From: the human T2T-CHM13v2.0 reference genome, Homo sapiens
Assembly (NCBI RefSeq): GCF_009914755.1
Contig: NC_060928.1
Reading direction: 5' to 3' (one strand)
DNA length: 64,000 nt
This document shows positions 40,966 through 53,085 of the stretch, one piece after another. How positions within the stretch are numbered: the stretch's first letter is position 1; each line of letters begins with the position of its first letter. A program made the translations under genes and the position numbers. The notes under the pieces were generated by a model. That model was not told the origin of the DNA. It worked only from the letters and a program-made list of their open reading frames with translations, and did no database searches.

Positions 40966-41034
40966 TGATACTCATTCTTCATTTACCAAAGGTTTCTGAT
41001 TAGGTTTTCTGATTTTCCTTTATCACAAACATCT

Positions 41035-43422
41035 TACTATGGTCTTTTTGAAACCAAAAGTTATGGTTTGACCCTGGGTCCCCATCCAAATCTCATGTCA
41101 AATTTTAATCCCCATGTGTCAGGGGAGGGGTCTGGTGGGAGGTGATTGGATAATGAGGACAGATTTCCCCCTTGCTGTTCTTGTGATAGTGAGTGAGTTC
41201 TCACAAGATCATTTAGATGTTGCATGTCCCCATTTTTTCTCTCTCCTGCTCCACCATAGCAAAGACATGCTTGCTTCCCCTTCACTTCCACCATGATTGT
41301 AAGTTTCTGAGGCCTCACAGCCATGCTTACTGTACAGCTTGAAGTATTGTGAGTCAATTAAACATCTTTTCTTTCATAAATTATGCAGTCTCAGGTAGTT
41401 CTTTATAGAAGAGTCAGAACGGACTCACACAGAATGGGCCACTGCCATAAAGATAACATGAAAATGTAGAAGCAACTTTGGAACTGGGTAACAAGCAGAG
41501 GTTGGAACAGTTTGGAGGGTTCAAAAGAAGACAGGAAGATGTGGGAAAGTTTAGAACTTCCTAGAGAGTTGTTGAATGGTTTTGACTAAATGCTAATAGT
41601 GATTTGGACAATGAAGGCTGAGAAGGTCTCAGATGGAGATAAGGGACTTATTAGGAACTGGAGAAAAGGTCATTCTTGCTATGTTTTAGCAAAGAGACTG
41701 GTGGCATTGTTCCCCTGCTCTAGAGATCTGTGGAACTTTGAACTTGAGAGAGAGGATTTATGGTATCTGGTAGAAGAAACTTCTAAGCAGCAAAACATTC
41801 AAGATGTGACTTGGTTTTTCTTGAAAACGTACAGTATGTGCCCACAACAAGATGGTTGGAAACTGGAACTTATGTTTAAAGGGGAAGCAGAGTGTAAAGT
41901 ATGGAAAATGTGAAGCCTGACCATGTGATAGGAAAAAAAAAAACAAAAAAAAAAACTATTTTCTGGGGAGGAACTCAAGCCAGCTGCAAAAATTTGCATA
42001 AGTAATGAGAAGCCGAATGTTAATAGCCAAGACAATAGGGAAAATGTCTCCAAGCCATGTCAGAGACCTTCACAGCAACTCCTCCCATCACAGGCCTGGA
42101 GGCCTAGGGGTGAAATATGGTTTTGTGGGCTGGGCCCAGGGCCCTGCTGCTCTGTGAAGCCTCGGGACTTGGTTCCTCGTGTCCCAGTCACTCCAGCTTT
42201 AACCGTGGCTAAAAGGGACCAACATACAGATTGGCCATTGCCTCAGAGGTGCAACCCCCAAGCCTTGGCAGCTTCCATATGGTGTTGGGTCTGCAGATAC
42301 ACAGAAGGCAAGAGTTTGAGAGCCTCCATCTAGATGTGAGAGGATGTATGGAAATGCCTGGATGTCCAGGCAGAGGTCTGCTGAAGGGGCAGAGCCCTCA
42401 TGAAAAACCTCTACTAAGGCAGTGAGGAGGGGAAAAGTGGTGTTGAAATCCCTACACAGTCCCCACTGGGGCATTGCCTAGTGGAGCAGTGAGAAGTCAA
42501 CCACTGTCCTCCAGAGCCCAGAATGGTAGATCCACTGACCAGCTTGTACTGTGCACCTGGGGAAGCTGCAGGCACTCAACACTAGCCTGTGAAAGCAGCC
42601 ATGAGGGTTGTACCCTGCAAAGCCACAGAGGCTCAGCTGCCCACGGCCATGGGAGCCCACCTCTTGCATTAGCATGCTTTGGATATGAGACATGGAGTCA
42701 GAGGAGATTATTTGGGAACTTCAAGATTTAATGACTATCCTGCTGTGTTTCAGACTGGCATGGGGCCTATATCCCTTTGTTTTCACCAGTTTCTCCCTTT
42801 GGAATGGGATAATTTACCCAATGCCTGTACCCCCATTGTATCTTGGAAGTAACAAACTTGCTTTTGAATTTTACAGGCTCATAGATGGAAGTGACTTATC
42901 TTGTCTCAGATAAGACTTTGGACTTGGACTTTTGAGTTAATGCTGGAATGAGTTAAGACTTTGGGAGACTGTTGGAAAGATATGATTGGTTTTGAAATGT
43001 GAGAAGGACATGAGATTTGGGAGGGACCAGGGGTGGAATGATATGATTTGGCTCTGTGTCCCCATCCAAATCTCATAACTAATTGTAATCTCCTAAGGGT
43101 CAGGGAGGGGCCTGGTGGGAGGTAATTGGGGGAGGGGGGCAGATTATCAGGCTGTACTCATGATAGTGAGTCAGTTCTCATGAGATCTAATTGTTTAAAA
43201 GTGTGTGGCACATCCCCCTTCTCTCTCTCTCTCTTCGGCTCCACCAAGGTAAAGACATGCTTGCTTCCCTTTCACCTTCCACCATAATTGTAAGTTTCCT
43301 GAGGTCTCCCAGTCATGCCTCTTGTATAACCTGCAGAACTGTGAGTCAATTAAACCTGTTTTCTTCATAAATTACCCAGTTTCAGATAATTCTTTATAGC
43401 AGTGTGAAAGTGAACTAATACA
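41035..43422 (+). mobile_element. Complete MSTA-like MaLR element (5' LTR to 41431, internal 41432-43038, 3' LTR 43039-43422)
   Basis: Two similar LTRs flank MST/THE1-type internal sequence ('gcaactttggaactgggtaacaagcagaggttggaacagtttggagg'); PPT-like 'ttgggagggaccaggggtggaa' before the 3' LTR; probable TSD catct/catca. Confidence 0.9.
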
Positions 43423-43738
43423 CATCATGTCCTACAACTCTTCTCCTCCATAATGGAGGGAAAAGAGGGTAAAGGCACAAATATAGGCAATCAAATTGGA
43501 GAAAAATATTTTTAAGATTATATTTTATTTTTCCTATTATACTTTTTTTCCTGATCACCTTTGTCATTTTCATCAAAACATGCTTGAAAAGGCAGAGCCT
43601 GTAAGAGATTAAGTAAACAAAAAATGCTATAATTGTAAAAGCATGACAGTCTTTTGTGAAGGAAATTACAGCATGTAGGATAAAAATAGCTTTCCACTTA
43701 GATAATATATACAGTGATAAAAATGGACCTTAAGTACA

Positions 43739-44094
43739 TATATTAGTCTGTTATCATGCCATTAATAAAGGCATACTTGAGAGTGGGTACTTGATAAAGG
43801 AAAGAGGTTTAATTGACTCATAGTTCCACATGGCTGGGGAGGCCTCACAATCATGGCAGAATGCAAGGAGAACCAAAGTCCTATCTTATGTGGTGGCAGG
43901 CAAGAGAGCATGTGTAGAGGAACTCCTCTTTATAAAACCATCAGATCTTGTGAGACTTATCATGAGAACAGCATGGGAAACACCCACCCCCATGTTTCAA
44001 TTACCTCACAGTGGATTCCTCCTAGGACTAATGGGAATTATGGGAGCTACAATTCAAGATGAGATTCTGGTGGGGACAGAGCTAAACCATATCA
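43739..44094 (-). mobile_element. THE1 (THE1C-like) solo LTR
   Basis: 'tatattagtctg...gctaaaccatatca'; perfect 5-bp TSD gtaca (43734-43738 / 44095-44099). Confidence 0.93.
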
Positions 44095-44232
44095 GTACAC
44101 ATGCAACTAGTAGAAAATAAAAGCATTCTTCTTTGTAACTAACAAACCATCCTTGGAGCTAAACCATATCAGTACATATGTAACTAAAAGAAAATGAAAG
44201 CATTCTACTTTGTAACTAACAAACCATGCTTG
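44079..44232. repeat. 77-bp tandem duplication spanning the THE1 LTR end and TSD
   Basis: 44079-44155 versus 44156-44232, 7 mismatches by manual count. Confidence 0.95.
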
Positions 44233-44314
44233 GGGATTTGTGCTTGATTTATTATTGATTCTCACAGAGGACATAGTAAGTAAAACTCATAAAAAAATCA
44301 AATTTTTTTCATTT

Positions 44315-44613
44315 ATTTATTTATTCATTGTTGAGACAGGGTCTCACTCTATCACCCATGCTGGAGTGCAGTGCCATGATCTTGGCTCACTGCAAACTCC
44401 ACCCCCCAGGTTCAAATGATTCTTGTGCCTAACCTCCCAAGTAGCTGGGACTACAGGTGTGCATCACCATGCCCAGCTAATTTTTGTATTTTTCATGGAG
44501 ATAGGTTTTTGTCATTTTAGCCAGGCTGGTCTTGAACTCCTGACCTCAAGCAATCCTCCTGCCCCAGCTTCCCAAAGTGCTGGGATTACAGGTGTGAGCC
44601 ACCATGTTCAGCC
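44315..44613 (-). mobile_element. Alu (AluJb/Sz-like)
   Basis: Full reverse Alu with (TTTA)n tail; TSD-like aattttttt(tt)catttat on both sides. Confidence 0.9.
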
Positions 44614-44779
44614 TAATTTTTTTTTCATTTATACTTGAGAATGACTTTTTATTTAAATGAGTTAAATTGCACACATTGCAACTAAAACAAATATAAGCAT
44701 AAAGATTTTAGATAGTACCTTTTTCTTTTATGCATCAAATCTGCAGCTAATGACATGTTAAGATGTGAGCCTAATACCT

Positions 44780-44935
44780 CAATAAATTCTCACAACAATT
44801 GTATGAGGTAGGATTTATAATATTTTGTATTTTAAGAAATTGAAAGATGAAAAGGTTAAGTAACTTGTTCTTTGAAACACAACTGCAATTCAAATACAGG
44901 TCCATGAAATTGTAAAACCCGTGTTCTCCTATTAT
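44780..44935 (-). mobile_element. MIR SINE
   Basis: 'ctcacaacaattgtatgaggtagg...gaaattga...aggttaagtaacttg...attcaaatacagg'. Confidence 0.7.
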
Positions 44936-47195
44936 CTCAACTCTTCTCATTATTGTTAAGATAAAGACCACACAAATTTTACCACTAATACATGTCTTTA
45001 ATTTAGATTTTAAGATTTGTTTTTGTACCAATTTTACATAACAAATTTCTGTTACGGGCCATGAAGGAGGAACAGAGACAGAACCTCCCACCGTAAATAT
45101 TCAGAAACTGCACAAAACACATGAAACTATTTCCAGACAACAGACAACAAATAGTGTAGGTTTGATCCTTGAAAAATGGTGCATAAATCATGTGAGAAAA
45201 AAATCCCCCCACTTCATAGCCTGGAGACAATTTCCAGATTATCAATGTAAAAGGATAAATCTAAACACCCTAGGCAAGACTGAACTGAGGAAATGAGAAT
45301 TCAATTTTTGGAAGTTTGAGTCAGCTAAAAGTATAAACTAGAGTTCTAGAGAAGAGGGAGCTGTTGAAAAAGTATTCTGGAAATGAATTTAGGGATTCTT
45401 GGTTCTTTGCTGAGTACTAGGCTGCACATGAAAGGAGTAAAATTCTAAAGGGAAGGGCAAAGAAAGACAAGGAATTTGTACGCATAGCAACTCTAAAGGC
45501 TCACAAAGGACAAGCAGATGTTTAAGCTCTGAGTCACCACAGAGGCACTCTTCAGTAATTACCCATAGCATTCAGTCTAGATGTAAAAGAAGCCATGTCT
45601 TAGCAAGGTATCTGGGCTTTCTTTAGAATGAATGCTGTTCTACACACGCCTTGGCAAAGCTCAAAAGCAAACAAAGCAAATAATTTAAAAATTAATTTTA
45701 GACCAAAAATATTTTAAAAACAAAATTATTTAAAGAAAAACAACAAAATTACAATGCTCAACATCTAATCTAAATTACTAAACAAGCCAAACAGCCATAA
45801 ATTATGACCCAAAATCTAGATTAAACTTACTTAACAAAAACAGACCTGGGAATTATAAACATAACTTAAATAGAAGACAAAAATTGATAAAGAGCTATTG
45901 TAATTCTATACAAATATTTAAAACAAAATAGAAACATAATAGGATGGAAATGGTATATATATAAAAAAGACCCAAATAAAAACTCTAGAAATTATAGACT
46001 GTATAAAATAGTCTTATTGGATGTCTATCCAATTTTATTGTCATCCAGTTTTATTGGATGAGACTAATAGTGGGGTAGATATACAAAAAAAATCAATGAA
46101 GTTTAAAGCATAGCATACAATTTTTACAGTGAAGAAAAGAGAAACAGATTGAAAAAAATTAAAACTCAACACTTTTAGAATACTTTAAAACAGTGTAAAA
46201 ATGCATAACATTAAAATCCTAGAATAAAGAGTAATATCAAAAATTGTTAAAAAATGATGCCTCAAGAATATCCAAATTGATGACAATTATATTATAAGAA
46301 TCCAAAAATCTCAATAAACTACAAAGAGGAAGCACACACACACACATATCAAGACATAACTACATTTCTGAAAATCAACATGACACATATAAAGAAAAAT
46401 GAAGATAAGAGCATCTAGAACTCAGAATAAATAATGAAAGTTCAAAGATATTGGAAAACATTTTAAAATAATGAAACAAGAAAATCTGTCAATCCATAAT
46501 TCTAAACTCAGCAAAAATATTGTTTCAAAATAAAAGTAGAATTTAAAATTTTCCAGAAGAAAAAAGAATTCATCATCAGTTGACCAAAACTAAAAAAAAA
46601 ATTAAGAAAAATTTCTTCAGTCAGAAAAAATATACCACACAAAATCTTGGATCCTCTCAAAATAATAAAATATACCAGAAATTATGAATATGCAGGTATA
46701 AATATAAAATAGCATTTCTAATTTTTATTTAAAAGATAATTAAATTTTTTAATCAAAAGTAAAAGCAATGCACTATCAGGTTCATGGCATGTGTAAAAAT
46801 ATATTATGTGGAAACAATGGTATAAAGGATTACAACAAATGAAAGACTTATTTTTTAAGTGTGACTTATATATAAGGGGTATATTTTTTCAAGGTAGACT
46901 ATCATAAATAAAGATATACGTTTTAGATGTTAAAACAACCATGTAAAACCAAAAGAATTTAATTACCAATAATGGAGAAATTAAAAAAAACTCAAGGTGA
47001 AAAAAACTCAATTGGAAAAAGGGATTAAGAACTAAACAGGTACAACATATATAAACAAATAACAAGATGATTGTTATAAACTTTATTATATTGATATTTA
47101 CATTAAAGGTAAATCATCTAGACAGGCCAATAAAAAGGCAGAGATTATAAGATTAGATATAGAGAGCACACTTTAAATATACATAGACTGATAAG

Positions 47196-47550
47196 TATAT
47201 TAGTCTGTTTTCATGCTGCTGATAAAGTCATCCCCAAGACTGGACAATTTACAAAAGGAAGAGGTTTATTAAAGTTACAATTCCACATAGCTAGGGAGGC
47301 CTCACAATCATGGCAGAAGGCAAGGAGGAGCAAGTCACATCTTAAGTGAATGGCGGTAGGCAAACAGAGCTTGTGCAGGACAACTCCTGTTTTTAAAACC
47401 ATTGGATCTCATGAGATCCATTCACTATTATGAGAATAGCACAGGAAAGACCTGCTGTCATAATTCAATCATCTCCCACTGGATCCCTCCCACAACACAT
47501 GGGAGCTACAACATGAGATTTGGGTGGTGACACAGAGCCAAATCATATCA
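47196..47550 (-). mobile_element. THE1 (THE1A/B-like) solo LTR inserted into L1M
   Basis: 'tatattagtctgttttcatgctgctgataaag...aatcatatca'; perfect TSD ataag (47191-47195 / 47551-47555). Confidence 0.94.
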
Positions 47551-48322
47551 ATAAGTTAGATAATGAAAAAATATAAACCCTAAAGACACTGAGCATAAAA
47601 AAGCTGGAAAGACTGTAGTAAAAATTAATAAAAATTACTATAAAATAAGCTATATTACTAGAGATAAACATAGCAATTTCATAATGACAAGGAAGCAAAT
47701 TAATCAAGAAGGCAAAACACTACTTCACATTTATGCATTTAATAATGGCTGAAATATACATGAAGCAATAACTAATAGTAATGAAGAGGGAAATAGGCAA
47801 AATCAGAACCATGGTTGGAATTTTCTACACCCCCTCTGAATAAGTGATAAATATATAATCAGTAAGAACATAGGAAAAAATTAATAATATCAAGCAAATA
47901 TACCTAATTTACATTTATAGAACATTTCAGCCTACAGTAGCAGAATACACACAATTTTAAAGTAAGGAATGTTTAACAAAATAGGCCAGATAATATGCCA
48001 TAAAATAAATTTCATCAAATTTAAGTGAATTGAAATCAGAAATACAAAGTATGTTCTCTAACCACAGTATAAATAATCAGAAACCAACAACAGGAAGGTA
48101 TCTGGAAAAGTCTCAAACACTTGAAAGCCAAAGAAAGCATTCCTAAATATCCCACAGGTCAATCAAGAGAGAAATTAGAAAGTATTTTGAATTAAATAAA
48201 ATGAAAAAGCAGCATTTTAAAATTTTTGTGATGTAAATTAAACAGTGTGAAAAGAGAAAGTTACAGCTTTAAATGTTTAAATTAGAAGCACACCAACACA
48301 AATTTAAATCAATCATTTAAGC

Positions 48323-48634
48323 CAGGGGTTTGCAAAATTTTCTGTAAAGGGCCAGATGAGCAATAATTTAGCCTTACTAGTCTATAGTCATTACTACTCA
48401 GCTCTGCCATTGTAGTTTGAAAACAACCATAAACAATGCTTAAATAAATGAGTAGGGTTTTATTCTTAAAAAGTTATGAAGACTGTAATTTGAATTACAT
48501 GTAATTTTTATTTACACAAAATATCATTTTATTTTTCAAATATTTAAAAATGTAAAAACCACTCAGCCTTCATGCACTACAAAAATAGTTGGTGGGATGA
48601 ATTTTTCCTACAGGTGACAATTTGATGACTACTG
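48323..48634 (+). mobile_element. MER58B (hAT-Charlie) inserted into L1M
   Basis: 'caggggtttgcaaaattttctgtaaagggccagat...actactcagctctgccattgtag...tttgatgactactg'. Confidence 0.85.
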
Positions 48635-51600
48635 ATCTCTTAGGAAGTTTGACAAGCAAAGCAAATTAAATCCAAACTAAATGAAAGGAAGGGAATAACT
48701 ATACAAACAACATTCAGTGACATTGATGATGCACAAAGAAGAAAGTAAAAGCAAAGAAACCATAAGATAATAATTTTAAAAATTAATAAAGATAATAGAC
48801 CCCCAGATTCATTAATAAAGAAAAACAGTGTGAAGACACATTATTAATATTAAGAATAAAAGAAGAGAAACACTCTGGAGTCTACAGCTTAATAAGAAAA
48901 TGTTATAAATGAATTAATGCCAATAAATTTGACAACTTAGATGAAATAAATATGTATCTCGGAACTCATAAATTATCTAAATTGGCTCACCTTTAACATT
49001 TTTAGCAAAGAGAATCCACAAATACATGAAAATATTAAATTTGAAATAAAATCCCTTAAAATAATTAAGAAAATAAGAAACACAAGATCATCTCGATAAT
49101 GTGAAAATAACATTTGATAAAATTCAAGGGCAGCTCATTCATAATAAAAATTCTCAGCAAATTAGAAACAGAAAAGATAATTCGCTGAAATACCTCTGAA
49201 AATCTTAAAGTGATGATTATTACTGGTGAAAGATCGAATTCTTTCCCCTTAAGTTTGGGAGCAAGTCAAGATACCCATTAACGTCATTGCTATCAGGAAG
49301 TCACTAGAGGTCCTAGCCTGTGCATTAAGGATTAAATATATATATATGTTTTGAAAAGCAAGAAATAAAGCTGTCTTTACTGTCTTTGTATAAAACAACA
49401 TGAGTACTGGGCATAAACAAAATTAAAATTAATTTAAAATTTAAATTTAAAGTAAAAAATTTAACACTAAATATATAGGGATACATATAACAACAAATGT
49501 ACAAAAAACTAAAAACGTTGCTGAAAGAAATTAAAGAAGATCTCACAAAATTTAGCAGTATGTAATGTTGTTCATAGTTGGAAAGACTCAATATTATCAA
49601 TTCTTTTGAAAATGATTTATGGATTTTATACAATCTCAACTGAAATTTCTATGAGTTTCTTAATAGAAATGGACAAGATTTTCATATAAATCCTTACATT
49701 TATATGGAAAAACAAATGGCCCAGAAATGTAGCCAAAACAACTACATTTTCAAAAACAAAGATGAGTTACTCTACATTATTATTTTAGTATAAAGCTACC
49801 ATAACTAAAAAAATTTAAGAATAAGGATAGACATAACAATCAGTGGAACAGAATAGAGTAACTTCGTTCACAAATATATGGGCAATTGATCTATGACAGA
49901 GGTGCCAAACTAATTCAATATGTAAAGGACAGCCTGCTTTATGACTGGAAAAACCATTCATAAAATAGGGCAGCTTTGGAAGAGCCACTAAAATGTTTTT
50001 GGGCAGGAGGGAATTTTATGACAGTATGAATAAGTCTAACTATATGAAAGAAACTTATTAGATCTTACCTCAGGACTGTAGTAACTTTTAGGCCCAGGGA
50101 CAAAAATTTGTTAGTGCCTATCAATGTTGGTGGATATCAACATTTATTACACTAAAATGCCTTTAAAACTTACTTTGTCATCAGCCTATGTCTTGAAATG
50201 AAAACTTGCTACAGAGGAAGATCTCTTTTGCACGTGACCTCTACTTAAATAATGACTTAAATGGAAGTTCTTTTTGAACAGAGTAATTCAGAGTACTAAA
50301 ACATAAAGATGTCCTTTCTGAAGAAAAAAGTGAGCTTATCTTTAAAAACATACAATGTATTAATTGTATCTTTTTAATTTTTCCCCTTCTTCTTTGGAGT
50401 AGAACGTCTCTTTCTGAAAGTGAAATATTTTTAATAATTTATTAATGAGTACTTCTACTTTTGGCATTATTCTGATTTATATCTTTGAGATACTGCTAAT
50501 ATAGTTACTGGAACTTCTGCATTTTAAAATAAGGAACTTTCTAATTATCTAGAAAGCCACCTAACAGATATAATATATTTTGCACTTACAAATACTGTTA
50601 CTTTCTTAAAGATGTCTCGTATAGAAGAACAAACTATAATTAATGCTTTCAGAAAAAGTAGCAAACATTTTGAAAATTTGAACCAGTTTATTCTTGAATG
50701 TGAATTGTTTAAATGCCTTCCCTTATAATTCACTTATAGGCACATTACAGTTTTTATTCCTTTTTTAAAAAAAATCCCATGTGCCAGCAACCTCCTATAC
50801 TTTCATCAAATGGCTTCAAGATGGAAATGAAAGTTTCTATGTAAAAAACTTAAGAAAAATCATGTAAGCCATACTTCATATGGGACTAAGGGAGGCTTAT
50901 CATTTGGAAAATTTTGGGGAGGAGGTGGGGAATTAAAGTAATTGGGATAAAAATAAATTACACCCTAAATTACAATTGTTATAACTAGAATTAAAAAGCT
51001 AATAATTGGTAAGTAGTGTAATTGTTTATTATAAATATTTTGATACCTCTAATATAAATTTAAATTTCTTTTAAAAGAAACTAAAATTACTAATTTAAAA
51101 ATAAAAGTAGGTTCTCAGTTAAATTTGTCACTTTACAACAATTAGTTATGCAAACAGAAGAAAAGTAAATCTATATTTTCACTACTCAGACAATGATTAT
51201 TTATGTTTGTGAGAGGTGACACTGTGCTGGCAGCCCTCGCTCACTCTTGTTGCCTCCTCGCCCTCGGTGCCCACACTGGCCGCGTTTGAGGAGCCCTTCA
51301 GCCTGCTGCTGCACTGTGGGAGCCCCTCTCTGGGCTGGCCGAGGCCAGAGCTGGCTCCCTCTGGCAGACCAGTGCGAGTTCCGGGTGGGCATGGGCTTGG
51401 CGGGCTCCACACTTGGAGCGGCCAGCTGGCATTGCTGGCCCTGGGCAGTGAGGGGCTTAGCACCCAGGCCAGCAGCTGTGGAGGGTGCACCAGGTCCCCC
51501 AGCAGTGCCAGCCCACTGGTGCTGCGCTCAAATTCTCTCCGGGTCTCAGCTGCCTCCCTGCGGGGCAGGGCTCGGGACCTGCAGCCTGCCTTGCCTGAGC

Positions 51601-51839
51601 CTCCCTTACGCCATGGGCTTCTGCATGCAGCCAGAGCTTCCCCGATGAGCGCCGTCCCCTGCTCCGTGGCGCCCAGTCCCATTGACCTCCCAAGGGCTGA
51701 AGAGTGCAGGCGCACTGCATGGGACTGGCAGGCAGCCCCGCCTGCGGCTCCAGTGCGGGATCCACTAGGTGAAGCCAGCTGGGCTCCTGAGTCTAGTGGG
51801 GACTTGGAGAACTTTTATGTCTAGCTGGAGGATTGTATA

Positions 51840-52110
51840 CACACCAATCAGCACTCTGTGTCTAGCTCAAGATTTGTAAACATGCCAATCAGCACTCTGA
51901 GTTTAGCTCAAGGTTTGTAAATGCACCAATCAGCACTCTGTATCTAGCTAATCTAGTGGAGACTTGGAGAACTTTTGTGTCTAGCTCAGGGATTGTAAAC
52001 GCACCAATCAGCACCCTGTCAAAACGGACCAATCAGCTCTCTGTAAAATGGACCAATCAGCAGGATGTGGGTGGGGCCAGATAAGGAATTAAAAACAGGC
52101 TGCGGAGCCA
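51840..52110 (+). promoter_or_regulatory. LTR12 U3 enhancer/promoter with six CCAAT (NF-Y) boxes, a GT/GC box, a GATA site and a TATA-like element
   Basis: CCAAT at 51844, 51885, 51926, 52004, 52029 and 52053; 'gggtggggcc', 'agataag' at about 52079 and 'aattaaaa' follow. Activity is not shown by sequence. Confidence 0.7.
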
Positions 52111-52169
52111 GCAGTCCCAACTTGCTCGGGTCCCCTTCCACACTATGGAAGTGTTCTTTCTCTCGTTGC

Positions 52170-52175
52170 AATAAA
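52170..52175 (+). terminator. LTR12 polyadenylation signal AATAAA
   Basis: 'gcAATAAAtcttgctgctgctcactc' at the expected R-region position. Confidence 0.6.
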
Positions 52176-52989
52176 TCTTGCTGCTGCTCACTCTTTGGGT
52201 CCGCACTGCCTTTATGAGCTGTAATACTCTTCAGGAAGGTCTGCAGCTTCACTCCTGAGGCCAGTGAGACCACAAACCCACCAGGAGGAATGAACAATTC
52301 TGGACGGGAGGAATGAACAACTCTAGACACGCTGCCTTAAGAGCTGTAACACCGTGAAGGTCTGCAGCTTTGCTCCTGAAGCCAGCGAGACCATGAACTC
52401 ACCAGAAGGAATAAACTCCGAACATGTCCGAACAAGCTCCGAACATGTCCGAACATCAGGAGGAAAAAACTCTGGACACGCCACCTTTAAGAACTGTAAC
52501 ACTCACTGCGAGGGTCCACAGCTTCGTTCTTGAAGTCAGTGAGACAAAGAATCCACCAATTCCGGACACGTTTGGACAGTATGTGTAGCACATTTAATTC
52601 TCTGCTCACATCTAGATCACATCGTTTTATTTAATTGTTGTGGAGAGCATGTGAACTGTGTCCCTGGGATCTGGCACACACATAGTTTGGTGCTTGACTC
52701 TGGAGCAAAACTCTAGAATCAAGAAGCTGTGGTTTCTGAGTCAAGAGGGTCACAGGTGGAGCAGTCTTTGCTCTAAGCTGGGGTGTTTAAAGATGGGAAG
52801 CTTTCCTTGTGTGCCAGATTAGACTGCAAGAGCGATGGAGGTGGGGCCTTCCTTAAAGGGCCTTGCCAGAGGATGATGCCTGAGAGGTCCAGGCAAACCT
52901 TAACCCAAAGGGTAAACCTTAACCCAAAGGCACCCAAAGGGCTCCGATGCTCAATTACAACAGCAGCCATTAATAAAGACTTTGTCTCT

Positions 52990-53085
52990 TTTTTTCCTTT
53001 CCTTTGCCTCCCTCCCTCCTTCCCTTCCCTCCTTCCTTCCTTTATTCCCTCCCTCTTTGTTCTCCTCCTCCTTTTTTTCTTTTTG
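52990..53085. repeat. (CCTT/CCCT)-rich polypyrimidine tract
   Basis: Directly visible. Confidence 0.85.

Larger units (their letters stand above)
45000..49945 (+). mobile_element. Long, old L1M element (5' region, ORF1, degraded ORF2), interrupted by THE1 and MER58B
   Basis: A-rich sense L1 motifs: 'ccaataaaaaggcagagatt', 'gtatgttctctaaccacag', 'gccaataaatttgacaacttagatgaaat', 'catttgataaaattcaa', 'ggaaagactcaatatt' and 'caatcagtggaacagaatagag'. Confidence 0.85.
51210..52570 (+). mobile_element. ERV9 solo LTR (LTR12C-like), 1361 bp
   Basis: Begins 'tgagaggtgaca', GC/CpG-rich U3, tandem 'accaatcagcactctg' repeats, ends 'ccaccaattccggacac'; 4-bp TSD tttg (51206-51209 / 52571-52574). Confidence 0.96.

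Noticed and set aside
41590-42913. Cluster of ORFs in the MSTA internal region (similar ones at 57788-59036)
   Set aside because: Degenerate MaLR internal sequence with stops and frameshifts; no intact gag or pol.
51197-51824. Longest ORFs (172 aa, 202 aa, 133 aa), overlapping on both strands
   Set aside because: All lie in the GC-rich U3 of LTR12, where stop codons are rare. They are not genes.
51800-52060. Regularly spaced ~41-bp repeats superficially like a CRISPR array
   Set aside because: These are the known ERV9 U3 CCAAT enhancer repeats. There are no unique spacers or cas genes, and the DNA is human.
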